Assembly (NCBI RefSeq): GCF_009914755.1
Contig: NC_060943.1
Source of the DNA: the human T2T-CHM13v2.0 reference genome, Homo sapiens
DNA length: 64,000 nt
Reading direction: 5' to 3' (one strand)
Part shown: positions 45,200 to 64,000 of the stretch, in pieces
Layout: the number at the start of each line of letters is the position of its first letter
Position numbering within the stretch: position 1 is the first letter of the stretch
Notes under the pieces: generated by a model
Databases searched by the model: none
What the model saw: only the letters and a program-made list of their open reading frames with translations
What the model was told of the DNA's origin: nothing
Position numbers and translations under genes: made by a program

Positions 45200-45845
45200 C
45201 TAAGATTTGGAAATAGTTCGTCTCCACCAAAACTCATGTTGAAATTTGATTTCCAAGCTGGGCATGGTGGTGTGCACCTGTAGTCCCAGCTACCTGGGAG
45301 GCTGAGGCCGAAGGATCACTTGAGCCTAGGAGTTCACAGACAGCCTGGGAAACATAGTGAGACCCCATATGATATGGTTTGGCTGTGTCCCCACCCAAAT
45401 CTCATCTTGAATTGTAACTCTCACAACTCTCATTTGTCATGGGAGGGATCGGTGGGGGGTGACTGAATTATGGGGCAGGGTCTTTCCTGCGCTGTTATGA
45501 TAGTGAAGGAGTCTCACCAGATCTGATAGTTTTAAAAACAGGAGTTTCTGGCTGGGTGCGGTGGCTCACACCTATAATCCCAGCACTTTGGGAGGCTGAG
45601 GTGGGCGGATCACAAGGTCAGGAGATCAAGACCATCCTGGTTAACATGATGAAACCCCGTTTCTACTAAAAATACAAAACATTAGTGGGGCGTGGTGGCT
45701 CACGCCTGTAGTCCCAGCTACTCAGGAGGCTGAGGCAGGAGAATCACTTGAACCCGGGAGGCAGAGTGAGCCGAGATCGCGCCACTGCACTCCAGCCTGA
45801 GCAACAGAGTGAGACTCCATCAAAAAAAAAAAAAAAAAAAAAAAA
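45200..45845 (+). mobile_element. MST fragment, Alu monomer (45256-45369), THE1 LTR fragment (45370-45548) and Alu (45550-45845)
   Basis: TGATATGGTTTGGCTGTGTCCCCACCCAAATCTCATCTTGAATTGTA is the THE1 5' end. Confidence 0.75.
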
Positions 45846-49349
<3,504 letters not shown>

Positions 49350-49365
49350 AAACCATTTAAATTTA

Positions 49366-49693
<328 letters not shown>

Positions 49694-50786
49694 TCACAAA
49701 TATGTGAAAAAGAGAATGATGTCTTTATCAATTTTCAAAAATTACTATTGCCAATGATGAATAACAGTGTTCCTTGCACACTAATTTAGCCAAAAATATT
49801 TCTCCAAAAGTACCGCATCGTGTAGGAAATTGACTCCATCTCCATTCCTTGACTATTTTCAATCTCAAAATTAAATCTCTTGGAGAGTACTTTCTGCACA
49901 CCTTTCTATTTCCTTAACCATATATATCGTCAAACCATTGAAAGCTGGACTTCATTCTCTCACTTTCATAGTCATGAAAAGAAAAAAAAAAGTTACTGAT
50001 GGGGACTCCTAAGACTTCGCATAATATAATCTTTGCATAGTCTAGGATTGTTAAAATTCCTAACAAGACTTTATAAACTCTCCTGTCTGCAACCAGTTAA
50101 TGCTGGGTTGAGCCAGGGTTCCCCTCTCTCCCGTCACTTATCCATCTACGCTCATTCTTTTCATAGCCTCACCCAATATCATGACTTGAAGTAACAGTTT
50201 ACAGTAATAACTCCCAAATTTATATATCCACGCTCGAACCCTCTGCCAATGTTGAATCATAGGTTGAGTATATAGCACTACGCTTTGTGGTCTTACTGAC
50301 GTTTCAAACTGATCATGCTTGAAATGGGAGTACTGGGCTTCCCGGCAAGCCTGCTCCACTAGCAGCCTCCCCACCTCAGGGTACGGGAAGTCCACACGTG
50401 GCGAACGCGAAGCCTATTACATCACCCGGAAGTCCCTGCATCCTACGAAGGCTGGGCCCGGCCAAAGGAGGCCCAATAGAGGGCGGTCTGTCCTTTCCCA
50501 GCAGGCTGGGCACACTGTCAGGCGTCCTCCTTTGGGTGGCTATTTTAACTGCTCATTTATCCTTTTCTTCTATGAAAAGATCCAGAAAAGAGGCAAAGCA
50601 AGCGAGAAGTCGCGGGCCCAGCCCACAGCAGGGTAAGCACCTTTGTTCGGGGTCTGAATCGGGGCGAATATCCCCGCCTCCTGACCTCGATTTTCCTGAG
50701 CTAGAAGGGACCTTTCGACCCTCCGACTTGTGCCTATACTAAGGCGGTGGCCCTAAGACGACGCGGGGGTTCTGGTGCGCACTTAC

Positions 50787-50900
50787 GTGCAGTCGGATGC
50801 GCTGGGTGAGTTCCCACACCCGGTAGATGTAAGGGAAAAACTGCATTACCCAGAAGGCACTGCCCCTTGCGTCGGCCGCGGACTCTGGGCCATTGACGAC
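50787..50900 (-). ncRNA. ZNF460-AS1: Probable first exon of an antisense lncRNA (ZNF460-AS1); 5' end uncertain
   Basis: Minus-strand donor CAC|GTAAGT at 50786-50781 inside the CpG island. The lncRNA itself is recalled from annotation and cannot be proven from sequence. Confidence 0.4.
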
Positions 50901-51314
50901 CCAGGACAGGAGAGTTTTCTGCGGGCCAGGGCGGCGGAGGCGGGACTTCCGCTTCTTCGTGTGACGTCATCTCCGTGGGCCGGTTTGGCCCTGAAACAGT
51001 GTGGGGCCTAGAGCGCTGGGTGGGCGCGTTCTGCGGCCTGAGCAGGGACGGGTAGTGAAGCGGTTACGCCCCTTCTTCGCGTCTTGGCGGGAGCCTGACG
51101 CCCCGCTTCTCCCCTAACGAGGTGTCCCACCGGCGCCCGCCGAGGCCTAGGCCTCCGCAGCCGCCCTCCGTCTCCTCAGCCCCGACGCTGCGCCTTGGGC
51201 CTTGTGCGCATTTTTTTCGGGGGAAAACTGAGGCTCGGAGTGCGAAAGTCAGCCGAGGTCGCCCCGCCCAGGACAGAGAAGGGCTGTGGTCGGCTGATCC
51301 GCGGCATTCCCGGG

Positions 51315-62737
<11,423 letters not shown>

Positions 62738-64000
62738 CAGATGTGGAAAGACTTTTTACGTACACTTCAGTCAACATCCAAGAATTCCTATTAGCGAAAT
62801 AGTTTTTTAATATAACCACTGAAGAAAATCTGTGGTGAGAGGAAACATCTTACCATCTGGTCATTCATACTGAAGAGAAACTCCATAAGTATCATCTCTG
62901 TGGGAAAACCTGTTTTAGATCATCATTTGTCATCTAAACAATTATGTTAGAAATTGACACAGCCAAGAGTCTTATTCTACATCTGATAATTCACCCATGA
63001 AAGAGACCCAGTGGTTACTGTGCACTTAGGAAAACCTTCAGCCACATCTTTCTTATTAGTTTACAGTGAAATGTTATCTCAGGGACATTCAAACAAAGGA
63101 GGAGGAGTCATAGGGAAGAGAAAGAAATGGAAGCACAGCTTCTTTCAGACTTCCCTGACAAGCCCATGGCAATTTGTCATCCCCTCCTTATTTTATTTGG
63201 GAGAGGGAAATGTTTCAGAAACAAAAGGGCCTCATCCCCTTTATTTTCCCTGTGTATACATTCACTGCTGTCCAGTGCTGTAGACAAACGGTTTGTTTGA
63301 AAACATTTTGTGAAAGCCTGCTTTGTTCCACAGCATTGTCTCCACTCTTGAGGAGCAGAAGCATATATCTTTATGAGAAAGATGGAGGCTTGAGTTATGA
63401 AATACTTTTACATTTAAGGAGATAAAGGATGTACATATGAATGGGCACATTTTACTGCACACTTCAGACGCTTTGACTTTTTTAAAAAAATTGTTTCTCC
63501 GTGTGTCTTTAACCACCCAGTACCATACTTTTTTCTTGATCTGGATCTACTTGTCAATTTCTTCTTTATTTTTCTGTAGGATGGAGATGATATTGTAGCT
63601 GTTTGTACATAATGTAATCCAGGGAGTCCTAATTCTTCCCTCTGATTGTGGTTTCTCAGCTTTTTTACTGCTCTTTAGAGAGAGTAAATAGTTCAAAATT
63701 CACCTCAACAATTTTCTAGAGGTCAATTTGGAACCAAAAATGAAATAAGACATGTAGCTAAAGTAAGTTAAAAGATTATGATAAACTCAGAAAATAAACA
63801 CAGAGAAGGAATCTCATTTTTCAGTCTTACAGAAGATTGTGTGAAGGCTGACTATACATAAAGTGACTGGAATTTTAACAGGTGAACCTGCATATGTATA
63901 TGCAGGTAGTTGTCACCATGGATTGAGTCCAGTCGTAGTAATTAATATGTTTAATCAGAATATTTTGGAATTTCTCTTTTGGTATTCTTTTTGTTTCTTT

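Overview
Human-type (or very close great-ape) genomic DNA. It matches the chr19q13.43 interval AURKC-ZNF805-ZNF460, which I recognised from the translated proteins. All three genes are on the + strand and have intact GT-AG exon structures: AURKC (7 exons, 309 aa), ZNF805 (KRAB A+B, 13 C2H2 fingers, 627 aa) and ZNF460 (KRAB-A only, 11 intact fingers, 562 aa). The rest is dense in Alus, LTRs (MER41A/B, MER74, MER68, MER77, MER21), old L1/L2/MIR and DNA transposon remnants. ZNF805 and ZNF460 form an old tandem duplication that includes upstream DNA, promoter, introns and 3' UTR. The least explained signals are: (1) a decayed minus-strand hAT-like transposase frame between AURKC and ZNF805, partly duplicated upstream of ZNF460 and preceded by a splice-acceptor-like tract in both copies, possibly an extinct host-transposase fusion exon; (2) a relic KRAB-A/KRAB-B gene at 33.2-34.8 kb; (3) a ZNF805 C-terminal tail that is a frameshifted fossil zinc finger, lost again in ZNF460 by a second frameshift; and (4) a perfect 40-bp higher-order VNTR inside a STAT-motif-bearing MER41B LTR. 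I found no proven new system. Repeat family names come from remembered consensus sequences and repeat boundaries are approximate.
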